DNA from: Candidatus Nomurabacteria bacterium
GTDB taxonomy: Bacteria; Patescibacteriota; Minisyncoccia; Phycocordibacterales; UBA918
NCBI GenBank assembly: GCA_023898585.1
Contig: CP060229.1
Coordinates: 247,707-311,706 of the forward strand
DNA: 64,000 nt
Reading direction: 5' to 3'
The translations under genes and the position numbers were made by a program. Of this stretch, positions 30,003 through 38,534 are shown piece by piece; position 1 is the stretch's first letter, and every line of letters starts with the position of its first letter. The notes under the pieces were generated by a model. The model was not told where the DNA came from, did not search any database, and saw only the letters and a list, made by a program, of their open reading frames with translations.

Positions 30003-30611
30003 ATGAAAACCGAAAAACACACTGACTTACTGGATGCTACTCTAGTTCCAATGGTGATAGAGAAAACCGTTGGTGGCGAGCGTGCTTTTGACATCTTCTC
30101 CCGCCTCCTAAAAGAGCGGATAATCTTTGTCACCGGTACTATTGAGGACCACATGGCAAACCTAGTCGTCGCCCAATTGCTTTTCCTGGAAGCAGACGAT
30201 CCCAAAAAAGATATCTTTTTGTACATTAATTCTCCGGGCGGGAGCGTAACGGCCGGTCTTTCTATCATCGACACCATGCACCATATTAAGCCAAATGTCG
30301 CTACCGTCTGCGTTGGCATGGCCGCTTCGATGGGCTCGCTTATCCTTTCTCAAGGTGAAAAAGGCAAAAGATTTATTTTACCAAACGCCGAGGTAATGAT
30401 TCACCAGCCAAGTGGCGGGGCTTACGGCCAGGCAACTGACATCGACATTACTGCTAAGCATATTCTGAAAACTCGCGACCGCCTTAATAAAATGTTGGCC
30501 AAAGCGACTGGACAAAAACTAGCGAAAGTGGAACAAGACGTTGATCGAGACTTCTTCATGGATGCTGAAGAAGCCAAAAAATACGGTATTGTTGATAAGG
30601 TTTACGCTTAA
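30003..30611 (+). CDS. clpP: ATP-dependent Clp protease proteolytic subunit
   Basis: Canonical ClpP core ([13 protein letters not shown]...[10 protein letters not shown]...MIHQPSGG). No clpX follows it. Confidence 0.95.
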   Translation: MKTEKHTDLLDATLVPMVIEKTVGGERAFDIFSRLLKERIIFVTGTIEDHMANLVVAQLLFLEADDPKKDIFLYINSPGGSVTAGLSIIDTMHHIKPNVATVCVGMAASMGSLILSQGEKGKRFILPNAEVMIHQPSGGAYGQATDIDITAKHILKTRDRLNKMLAKATGQKLAKVEQDVDRDFFMDAEEAKKYGIVDKVYA

Positions 30612-30974
30612 TTGCGTTAACCTATCGGCCGGCATCCTTCGGAATCAGGCTGTTTTGTAATAAAAAGAAAAAGCCCCAATAATCAGGGCTAAAATCAAGT
30701 ATGAATCAGAGTGATTCTTCCGATAGGGATAACTTGTGATCCCAGAGCCTAAGCTCTCACCGTTTCCGTTTAGAACTACAAATCTAAGTTCGTATATCCT
30801 AAGACAGTTCTTGGTCTAATCCTTGGGGAGGAACAGTGTAATTCTCTCAAAAGGTCAAACGGGCGTCGAGCTGGTCCCGTTTTTACCCCCATTGCCAACA
30901 TAAATTGCCCAAAGAATCCGCTAGCAGCGACATTAGGTCAGATGATGTTAAGCATAGGCTTACCTCCTTTGTTT

Positions 30975-31397
30975 TTAGGGAAAAGGCAGACTGTCATTAA
31001 GATCTGGAACTACAAAATTAAACAGTTGTTCAGTAGAGGTGATACGTCCAAGCATAACACCTCCCTTTATGTTGATATTAACAGTAATGTTATAGAAGCT
31101 CTCTTCTGTTCCCTGCTTGGCAAAGAACCTTAGTGTGACTACTGTTGTCGATAATAACTCCCAAGAAATTACAGCCGATAGGCGATAGGCGTATCGGTAT
31201 GCTCTTATCAACTTATCTTTATCTAATTTTTCTCTGAGATACTTGGGGCATTCTTTGTCCCAGTGTTGACCACCGCCTTCGCACATTTTCTGCAATCTAA
31301 ACGGTAAACTCTGCGCCATTTGGACCGGCTTTGTAACTCCTTCCAGTTCTATGCCCCGATGAAAAAATCTGTTATAGACAATTTCCACTTTTTTCAA
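30975..31397 (-). CDS. Hypothetical protein
   Basis: Closed 140-aa ORF with a Cys/His cluster (MCEGGGQHWDKECPKY). Function unknown. Confidence 0.35.
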   Translation of the reverse strand: MKKVEIVYNRFFHRGIELEGVTKPVQMAQSLPFRLQKMCEGGGQHWDKECPKYLREKLDKDKLIRAYRYAYRLSAVISWELLSTTVVTLRFFAKQGTEESFYNITVNINIKGGVMLGRITSTEQLFNFVVPDLNDSLPFP

Positions 31398-31661
31398 TTT
31401 TCTATCCTCTAAAGTCCTGAACTAAGGAAAGTTATAGATGATAAGAACACATTTTTGCAACCAAAAACAGGTCAATTGTTTTTAGCTGACAATCATTCTA
31501 GGGAGAGAATTATTACTGGCATAAACTCACAACAATCACCCAAAGGGTACTTCCAACGGTTACTCCGAAGGGGTGCGCTGACCCATTTGTTCGTTTACAA
31601 ATCGCCTTCACTCCTGTACAGTTCATGTGAACTGTTACGGATTAATTAGTAAATAAACAAC

Positions 31662-33191
31662 ATGCCACCAGGATTATTCATGATTGCTCTGGCGTTGACT
31701 TTATTTCTCGGTATTGGAGCTGGATACTTGGTGCGTTACCTGCACTCACAGTCAAAGAAAAATTCGATTGAACTGAAAATCAAAGAACTAGAAATCACAG
31801 CTGAAAAAAAGGCCTTAGCCACGATTGAAGAGGCGGAAGCTAAAGCTGAACGTATTGAGAACGAAGCAAAAACAGAGCGAAAACACCAAGAGGAGAAATT
31901 GGAACAAAAAGAAGAACGTCTTTCTAAACGAGAAGAAATTCTCGACGATCGACAGATTGATATTGATTCACAAAAAGAATCTCTGCAAGAAAAAATTGAT
32001 CAAATTAAATCAATAAAGGCTCAGCTTGATACAAGGGTTGATGAGGCGGATAAAAAACTAGAAGAAGTGGCCAATTTAACCAAGGAGGAAGCGTTCGAAC
32101 AAATAGTAAAGAAGGTTGAGACGGAAAGGGCGGAAGATCTGCGCGTCCGGATCGAAAAACTCGAACGCCAAGGAGAAGAACAATATGGAGCGAAAGCTCA
32201 AAACATTCTTTTGGCCGCTATTCATCGTGCCGGCAATACCGTCTCTCCCAATCTGATGACTTGTCACATTGAAATTCCGAGCGATGATCTAAAAGGAAAA
32301 GTCATCGGCAAAGAAGGACGAAACGTACGAGCTTTCGAGCGAGCAACTGGAGTTGATGTCATGATTGACGAATCTCCCGGCTACATTGTACTCTCTTCAT
32401 TTGATCCGATTCGAAGAGAAATCGCCAGAGTCGCTCTTGAATCTCTACTCAAAGACGGTCGTATACAACCGGCTAAAATTGAAGATGAGGTGGAAAAAGC
32501 CAGAGCCGAAGTGGCTAAAATTGTACGTGAACAAGGAAACAAAGCGACCTATGAAGCCAATGTGCCAAACCTACACCCCGATCTCATCACCATTCTTGGC
32601 AGACTTCATTTTAGAACCAGTTATGGACAAAATGTGCTTTGGCATTCGGTGGAAATGGCTCACATTGCAGAAGTGATAGCTGAAGAAACAGGAGCCAACG
32701 TCGCAGTGGCTCGAGCTGGCGCACTACTGCATGACATCGGCAAGACTGTTAGTCATGAAGTAGCCGGTACTCACGTAGAAATCGGTATTCGTATTTTAGA
32801 GAAATATGGTGTTGATCAACAAGTGATATTGGCCATGCGCGCTCACCACGAAGAGTATCCTTATGAAACTCCGGAATCAATCATCGTCCAAGTGGCTGAT
32901 GCCATTTCCGGGGGAAGGCCCGGGGCTCGCCGTGACTCCATGGAAAACTATGTGAAAAGATTGTCAGACCTTGAGCATATAGCCACCAGTCTTGCCGGAG
33001 TAGAAAAAGCCTTTGCCATTGCCGCCGGTAGAGAAATCCGAGTCCTGGTAAACCCAACCGCTCTCAGCGACTTTGAGACCAACAACCTAGCTCGCAAAAT
33101 AGCAACCGACATAGAAACTCAACTTAGATATCCGGGAGAAATAAAAGTTCACGTCATTCGTGAAACTAGAGTGATAAGTTACGCTCGGTAA
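31662..33191 (+). CDS. rny: Ribonuclease Y
   Basis: N-terminal TM segment, coiled coil, a KH domain and an HD domain (LLHDIGKT, RAHH). Confidence 0.92.
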   Translation: MPPGLFMIALALTLFLGIGAGYLVRYLHSQSKKNSIELKIKELEITAEKKALATIEEAEAKAERIENEAKTERKHQEEKLEQKEERLSKREEILDDRQIDIDSQKESLQEKIDQIKSIKAQLDTRVDEADKKLEEVANLTKEEAFEQIVKKVETERAEDLRVRIEKLERQGEEQYGAKAQNILLAAIHRAGNTVSPNLMTCHIEIPSDDLKGKVIGKEGRNVRAFERATGVDVMIDESPGYIVLSSFDPIRREIARVALESLLKDGRIQPAKIEDEVEKARAEVAKIVREQGNKATYEANVPNLHPDLITILGRLHFRTSYGQNVLWHSVEMAHIAEVIAEETGANVAVARAGALLHDIGKTVSHEVAGTHVEIGIRILEKYGVDQQVILAMRAHHEEYPYETPESIIVQVADAISGGRPGARRDSMENYVKRLSDLEHIATSLAGVEKAFAIAAGREIRVLVNPTALSDFETNNLARKIATDIETQLRYPGEIKVHVIRETRVISYAR

Positions 33192-33252
33192 TTACAAAAA
33201 AAATCATCCCTCACCTAAGCAGTGAGGGATTGATTGTTTTTGTCTGCAATCT

Positions 33253-33639
33253 CTACTTCATAACCTTTTCAAAAAGTAATTGATGGTCAGAAATCATGTT
33301 CGACATCTTGGCAAAATCATCACACGAAACAAATCGGCGAGATTGAGCCTTTTCGGAAACCACTCGATCCAAAGAAACAGCCGGTTTGAGACTAATCAGG
33401 CGTGGATGGTAAAAGCTTTTTCCGATCTTGATAGGCTTGCGCTCCTCAACAACATACCCTTCCTTTTTCAGACCTAGCATATCCAATGTTTTCTGAAGCA
33501 GTGCCCTGTTACAATCCGGACAACTCCAACCTTGAAAACTAGGAAACGACCACGACTGATCAGAATTATTGACTCTTTTTCTAATCAACAAAAAATGTTC
33601 CTTTTGATCGAAAATGACGGCGACTATTTCTCCCGACAT
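33253..33639 (-). CDS. Hypothetical protein (possibly a degenerate NUDIX-like fold)
   Basis: 128 aa with weak NUDIX-like strand-helix pattern and no clean NUDIX box. Confidence 0.35.
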   Translation of the reverse strand: MSGEIVAVIFDQKEHFLLIRKRVNNSDQSWSFPSFQGWSCPDCNRALLQKTLDMLGLKKEGYVVEERKPIKIGKSFYHPRLISLKPAVSLDRVVSEKAQSRRFVSCDDFAKMSNMISDHQLLFEKVMK

Positions 33640-33918
33640 GACGTTGACTCCTCAATGAAATATCCAAAATATCTTAACCGATACTATCCCCTCTCACGCC
33701 ATTGTCAATGAGTGTAAAACTAACATCGCTTTTCCTTAGTAGCTGACGGGATACCTTTGAACTGACTTACAAAAATATTACACCACACAAAATTCACATG
33801 TGTAGTCGTTGCAGGTAAAACGTGTTGATATATAATGTTTTCAAGCCATAAACAGGCACCGTGCTTGAGTTATCACTCACCACATATTTATACGCACTTA
33901 GAAAATAATTTCTGATTT

Positions 33919-34191
33919 ATGAATAAAGCAGACATCATAAGCAAAGTACATGAGGTGCTCGACACCACAAAAGCCGATGCGGAGCGAGCAGTAGACGCTG
34001 TGTTTAATAGTATCGAAGCTGCTATGAAAGACGGTACACAGGTATCAGTTGCAGGGTTTGGTATTTTTGAAGCAAAAATGCGCGCAGCTCGTGAAGCACG
34101 AAACCCTCGCACCGGTGAGACAGTACGAGTTCCAGCTATGCGAGTACCAAAGTTTCGAGCAGCTAAGGCTCTTAAAGACGCAGTTAAATAA
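33919..34191 (+). CDS. hup: HU-family DNA-binding protein
   Basis: MNKADIISKV...VSVAGFGIFEAKMRAAREARNPRTGETVRVPAMRVPKFRAAKALKD is the HU sequence. A terminator follows at 34207-34236. Confidence 0.93.
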   Translation: MNKADIISKVHEVLDTTKADAERAVDAVFNSIEAAMKDGTQVSVAGFGIFEAKMRAAREARNPRTGETVRVPAMRVPKFRAAKALKDAVK

Positions 34192-34206
34192 TTTTATCTT
34201 TATTCA

Positions 34207-34236
34207 AAAACAGGCGCGCCAAAGGCGCGCCTGTTT
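34207..34236 (+). terminator. Terminator after hup
   Basis: AAACAGGCGCGCC-aaa-GGCGCGCCTGTTTT. Confidence 0.7.
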
Positions 34237-34418
34237 TAGTTATCCACTCCCCATAAAAATAACTTATGTTATACTAATTATGTAGCGGAGGTAATAATCG
34301 CTATGCGGATATACAAAAAGGGATTTTGTATCTCCCACCACAAGTAAAAGCCCTGTCGCGGGGCTTTTACAAAGCAGTAAAATCGAACCTACGTATCGGG
34401 TATGATATACTATATAAT

Positions 34419-35102
34419 ATGACAAAAGTATCAGATAAAGAAGAGGCTATCCGGTTACGCAAAAATGGATATTCATATAACTTGATTGCTGAAAAGGTGT
34501 CAGTCTCTAAAAGCACTTTATCACTCTGGTTAGCAAAAATACCTTACTCACCAAACAAAGACGTCGTAAAGAGAATTGGAAAGGCCCATGCAGCCGTTAC
34601 AAAGTCTAAACATGAACAGAAACTTGCCAGTTTCAGGGAGGCAGAAAAGTTGGCCAAAATAGACATTGGTGACTTCATAGGCAGGGATCTTTTTATGTTG
34701 GGGTTGGCTTTATATATTGGTGAAGGTGAAAAAAATGACAATGTAGGAGTAATAAATGCCGATCCGAGAATAATCAGGACGTGCATTAGATGGTTGAGGA
34801 AATTTTATGACGTCCCAAATGAAAGTTTTACACTTGCAATACACCTCTATCCAGACAACAACGTCAAAGATTCACTTGAATACTGGTCAAGACAGACAGG
34901 GCTACCGTTGGTGCAGTTTGGAAAAACTCAGATTGATAAACGGAGAAACAAGCGACATAGCAAAAGAAGTAAGCTTCCTTACGGCACCGCACACCTGAGA
35001 GTCCGCGCCGCTGGAAACAAACAACACGGTGTGTTATTATCTCGCCGTATCCAAGCTACAGCGAAGCTGGCTTTGGAGCAAGAACAATATTTGCGGGTGT
35101 AG
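34419..35102 (+). CDS. HTH plus LAGLIDADG-like motif protein, paralog family member A, abutting tRNA-Gly
   Basis: N-terminal HTH (LRKNGYSYNLIAEKVSVSKSTLSLWLAK) and the motif DLFMLGLALYIGEGEK. Start aligned with the three paralogs. The stop TAG at 35100-35102 lies inside tRNA-Gly, which begins at 35093. Confidence 0.7.
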   Translation: MTKVSDKEEAIRLRKNGYSYNLIAEKVSVSKSTLSLWLAKIPYSPNKDVVKRIGKAHAAVTKSKHEQKLASFREAEKLAKIDIGDFIGRDLFMLGLALYIGEGEKNDNVGVINADPRIIRTCIRWLRKFYDVPNESFTLAIHLYPDNNVKDSLEYWSRQTGLPLVQFGKTQIDKRRNKRHSKRSKLPYGTAHLRVRAAGNKQHGVLLSRRIQATAKLALEQEQYLRV

Positions 35103-35163
35103 TTTAGTGGTAAAACACGACGCTTCCAACGTTGAGTCGGGGGTTCGATTCCTCTCACCCGCA
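35093..35163 (+). tRNA. tRNA-Gly (anticodon UCC)
   Basis: Manual fold: acceptor GCGGGTG/CACCCGC, D arm GTTT-AGTGGTA-AAAC, anticodon arm CGACG-cTTCCaa-CGTTG, T arm GGGGG-TTCGATT-CCTCT. No encoded CCA. Confidence 0.8.
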
Positions 35164-35207
35164 CTAGCACAAGAAAACCGGCCTCTTGCCGGTTTTCTTG
35201 TGCTAGC
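35164..35207 (+). terminator. Perfect 19-bp hairpin right after tRNA-Gly, shared with the tRNA-Pro locus
   Basis: CTAGCACAAGAAAACCGGC-ctctt-GCCGGTTTTCTTGTGCTAG. Confidence 0.6.
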
Positions 35208-35214
35208 AGGTTGA

Positions 35215-35290
35215 AGTGAGCAAACTGCTTTGCTCATGTGAGGAATCGAAGGACGGAACGATGTGAGGAAGAATGACGAACGAGCGAGTC
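35215..35290 (+). repeat. Conserved tRNA-downstream element, copy A
   Basis: AGTGAGCAAACTGCTTTGCTCATGTGAGGAATCGAAGGACGGAACGATG... is close to 53792-53842. It contains the hairpin TGAGCAAA-ctgc-TTTGCTCA and an inverted T-loop-like GGAATCGAAGG. Confidence 0.7.
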
Positions 35291-35330
35291 GGGGTCGAGA
35301 AAAATTTTCGCAGAACATTTATTCGTGACA

Positions 35331-35349
35331 GATTCCTCTCATCCACACC
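35331..35349 (+). repeat. Degenerate direct copy of the tRNA-Gly(UCC) 3' end
   Basis: GATTCCTCTCATCCACACC versus the tRNA 3' end GATTCCTCTCACCCGCACT. Confidence 0.5.
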
Positions 35350-35367
35350 ATCAAGCCACCCTTTCGC

Positions 35368-35778
35368 TTAAAAACCGAACCAATTAAACAAAATAATCCC
35401 ACTCATAAACCAACTGGTTGGTATCCACAATAAAAAAGCAAAAGCGTATTTTAGGTTGTACGAGGCTCGGCCGGATTGATCCAATTCCTCAAGTCTTTCT
35501 TCGGTAGCGATCAATAATCTAACCAAAACACCGGCCAACAAACCACCTTCGATACGACGGTATTCAAACTTGCTACCCATACGACCGCGTTCTTTTTCAA
35601 ATTCTTTATCCAGAAAATCACTGTTGCTTTTAAAAGACAATTTTGTTGTGTAAAAAACAACACACAGTGAAGCCAGTAGCGCCACCAAACTTAGCCACGG
35701 AAACTCCCACCGCTCGTTCATAACTGAAAGAACCATCAGTACAAGGATTATCAAAACAACATGTATTGGTTTCATCAA
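35368..35778 (-). CDS. Hypothetical membrane protein
   Basis: 136 aa with three predicted TM helices. Confidence 0.45.
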   Translation of the reverse strand: MMKPIHVVLIILVLMVLSVMNERWEFPWLSLVALLASLCVVFYTTKLSFKSNSDFLDKEFEKERGRMGSKFEYRRIEGGLLAGVLVRLLIATEERLEELDQSGRASYNLKYAFAFLLWIPTSWFMSGIILFNWFGF

Positions 35779-35987
35779 TGAAATTCTAACATTTCATTGC
35801 TTTTCCCCCACTCTTACTGTACCCTCTCCCCGAAATTTAATGCCAACTTCCTGACTTTCATCAAAAAGAGGACGGTTCATTTATATGGAATGTTGATCAG
35901 ACCAACAAGAAGAAATGGTCGCTTTCACTATAGAGATATATTCCGAAATCACAGAGACTACTTAGTGAACACAAAACACTTGATTAT

Positions 35988-36707
35988 TTACTTTTCAAGA
36001 GAAAATTCTCCAAGTATTTTCTGTTGGTAGACATGACCAGCATCAGTGACTGCAGAGAAGTAGATTTTTTCTACTTTCATCTCCACCACTCCTATCTCTC
36101 GATTAAATTTTGGATGTTTGATTAAACCCTTATGTTCTCCAGCTAAATATCCAATAGACATGTGGGGGTTGTAATTTTTGTATCGGTATTCTGGATGAAG
36201 ATCAAAGGGAATGGAATCTGCCAGCTGGTTGTGTAGAACGAAAATATTTCCATTCCTATCGTAGACTTCGCGAAAAATAGTTCCAGGGAAGTAATTTATA
36301 TTACCCAACTCGACAGAAAATTTAGGGAAGTTCTGCACAACCTTCTCGACAGAGCTACGTATTGAGTCAACATCTCTCTCTTGAAATTGTTTACCCATTC
36401 TACCTGGAATCATCAGTGTTATGTGCATATCCTCACTAGAGAGCCAGAGATTTGCCAGACTAGCAGGAACCATAGCTTGTAAATTATCGGATACAACTCT
36501 CATATGTTCATAACAACTTGGGTGTAACGGTACATTAATGCAACACAAGGTCGTTGAATCTTCCCGCCACAATGTATCACCAAAAGTTTTCTTGGTGTTT
36601 TCCCAGATCTCATCGAAATGTTTTATTTGTACTTGGTGGGTACGCATGCTATCCATTACGTTATTAACATCTCTCCTTATAATACTGCTTTTACAACGAT
36701 TGTTCAC
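35988..36707 (-). CDS. 2H-phosphoesterase superfamily protein (LigT / 2',3'-cyclic phosphodiesterase-like)
   Basis: Two H-x-T/S-x motifs (MHITLMIPG and PHMSIGY) in the expected spacing. The start may be an internal Met. Confidence 0.65.
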   Translation of the reverse strand: MNNRCKSSIIRRDVNNVMDSMRTHQVQIKHFDEIWENTKKTFGDTLWREDSTTLCCINVPLHPSCYEHMRVVSDNLQAMVPASLANLWLSSEDMHITLMIPGRMGKQFQERDVDSIRSSVEKVVQNFPKFSVELGNINYFPGTIFREVYDRNGNIFVLHNQLADSIPFDLHPEYRYKNYNPHMSIGYLAGEHKGLIKHPKFNREIGVVEMKVEKIYFSAVTDAGHVYQQKILGEFSLEK

Positions 36708-36763
36708 GTAAAAACAGGAAGTCAGTTACCTCCTGTAAAATAAATCATCTGATTTTTTAGTAC

Positions 36764-37249
36764 CTAGTCAAAGTCCAAAACATCAGACAGGTATTGTCCT
36801 GATTGTAAGAATACAACGTTGCAACCTTCGAAGTCAGAAAGGATCTCTTTGTTTGTTTTATGAGCATTTGTCATGATCTTCTCGACCACTTCTAACTTGT
36901 TACCTCTATCAATGTACCGTTGTCGATACTCATCTTTGAGTGACTCGTCAGGACAGATGACAGTGACAGACAATCCTCTTTCCCTGAGCGCTTGAACAAC
37001 TACAGGATTGGTTGTGATGAGCACCAAATCTGTGTCCCTGGAACGCTCTATAACTTCTTCTATGTAGTTGTTTGGCCAATCCTCTGCTTTTGTATACGGA
37101 GTTGGCTCTATATCAGCTACAGTTATATCGTCGGACAGACCTCCGGTCATAGTCGATTTGCCAACACCGGGCGCTCCAGCAATGATTCCTACAGGTTTAA
37201 TTTTTTCCACACTAGGAACTCCTTCATTTATTTGTTCAAATTTCTCCAT
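36764..37249 (-). CDS. Small P-loop kinase/NTPase (polynucleotide or nucleoside kinase-like)
   Basis: Walker A GAPGVGKST and a Walker B-like DLVLITT. 161 aa. It lies 56 nt upstream of the 2H phosphoesterase on the same strand. Confidence 0.6.
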   Translation of the reverse strand: MEKFEQINEGVPSVEKIKPVGIIAGAPGVGKSTMTGGLSDDITVADIEPTPYTKAEDWPNNYIEEVIERSRDTDLVLITTNPVVVQALRERGLSVTVICPDESLKDEYRQRYIDRGNKLEVVEKIMTNAHKTNKEILSDFEGCNVVFLQSGQYLSDVLDFD

Positions 37250-37315
37250 AGCTTATTATACAACTTGAATTATCTCTCTGAAGACTTCACACCCTTGTGC
37301 AATCCTCAAAAGATA

Positions 37316-37416
37316 GGGCGAGGAGCAATCTCAACTCGCCCATTACCACGATCACAGAAGGTACACACCAGAGTCTGAGCCTATCTCTACGCTAGAGCTC
37401 TGATGAGGGTTTTTGC
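37316..37416 (-). promoter_or_regulatory. Conserved leader/riboswitch-like element, copy 1, 3' part (terminator hairpin plus conserved core), truncated by IS1595
   Basis: Aligns with 39978-40095, with the core TTACCACGATCAC...GAGTCTGAGC...AGCTCT-ATGAGGGTTTTTGC. Hairpin GGGCGAG...CTCGCCC is followed on the minus strand by UAUCUUUUGAGG, about 65 nt before the kinase start. Confidence 0.55.
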
Positions 37417-38442
37417 GGAGTAAAGAAACTTTTTAGGACCTATTTAGTAGCTCAGAAATAACCCTAAGCCTTCTGTCTCTCCTCAGTCCATGGTGTTGGG
37501 CGATTTTCTTTTTGAGTGACGCAAAGTATTCATCAATAGTATTGGTGGTGTTAGGAATATTAAGCTCTGGATATTTTTGGTAGGTAAATAAATTAGGCAA
37601 GTTTCGTTTCAGTGACATATAGGCACTACGTACATTCTTGTGTGTGTAGTACCAATGGTTAGTACAGGTAACGTACGTTTTCTCAGTATAGAAATTATGA
37701 TACTTCTCCTCCCAAATAGTTAGAGCTTTAGCAAAGTCTTCTTCGTTTGTTTTCGTGAGTGTTAAAGCCAGTTTTCGCAGTTCTTTACCAGCTTCAGTCT
37801 TTGGCTTTCTAGTTAAGTACTTGGTCACGGTCTTCAGTTGATGAAACTGACAGATTTGTACTGGTATATCCTTAAAAACCGTTGCTAATCCACGCCTTCC
37901 GTCCACTACGGCAGCGATGAATGTCCAACCACGTTCTTCTAATAATTTACGAGCGTAGTGATAGTGAGACACTTTCTCAGTCTCAACCTCACCCCACCAA
38001 ATGTTTCTTCGTAAGTTCCATGATCTAAAGACACAGACACCGTAGTGTCGTCCCCAGAAGGTGGTGTCAGCTACGATAACCGTCTTTTGTGGTTGTATGT
38101 TTGGTATTGAGGTTTTAACTTGATCTAATCGTGTACGTACCCAGACGTGACTCTTCTTGTATTTGTTAGACAGTTCGGTCAGCGTTTGTTTTTGATGTGT
38201 ATACTCTTCCCATAATTTATTAACCAACCCTGTTTCTCTCTGCTTAGTTTGAAATCGTTTACCACAATCGTTGCAACCATAGCGCTGTCTACCACTTTGT
38301 TTACCTTTCTTTTTAGTTTGTAATGATAAACAATAGGGACATCTAACTCGTTTATTAACCATGCGAGCTAGATAAACATAAAACCACGGCTATACAGAGC
38401 CGTGGTTTTGGTGTTTTAGGTCCTAGATTGTTTCTTTAGCCC
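37417..38442 (-). mobile_element. IS1595-family insertion sequence, 1026 bp, 8-bp target-site duplication GTTTTTGC
   Basis: Imperfect 24-nt terminal inverted repeats (GGAGTAAAGAAACTTTTTAGGACC on the left; GGGCTAAAGAAACAATCTAGGACC as reverse complement on the right). GTTTTTGC flanks the element at 37409-37416 and 38443-38450. The uninterrupted target sequence is seen at 40089-40096. Confidence 0.8.
37433..38362 (-). CDS. IS1595-family transposase (N-terminal zinc ribbon plus DDE)
   Basis: RCPYCLS...YGCNDCGKRF zinc ribbon, followed by a DDE-type core (IVADTTFW, AAVVDGRRG). Confidence 0.75.
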   Translation of the reverse strand: MVNKRVRCPYCLSLQTKKKGKQSGRQRYGCNDCGKRFQTKQRETGLVNKLWEEYTHQKQTLTELSNKYKKSHVWVRTRLDQVKTSIPNIQPQKTVIVADTTFWGRHYGVCVFRSWNLRRNIWWGEVETEKVSHYHYARKLLEERGWTFIAAVVDGRRGLATVFKDIPVQICQFHQLKTVTKYLTRKPKTEAGKELRKLALTLTKTNEEDFAKALTIWEEKYHNFYTEKTYVTCTNHWYYTHKNVRSAYMSLKRNLPNLFTYQKYPELNIPNTTNTIDEYFASLKKKIAQHHGLRRDRRLRVISELLNRS

Positions 38443-38511
38443 GTTTTTGCCTATGTATGCCACTCATCCCGCCTGTGTGTCGTTTGTTGTCTCAAAATTC
38501 TGGGACTCACC
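38443..38511 (-). promoter_or_regulatory. Conserved leader/riboswitch-like element, copy 1, 5' part
   Basis: TTTTTGCCTATGTATGCCACTCATCCCGCCTGTGTGTCGTTTGTTG...GACTCACC, about 90% identical to 40096-40152. Confidence 0.55.
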
Positions 38512-38534
38512 TTCAACACGAACCTGTATTTTAT

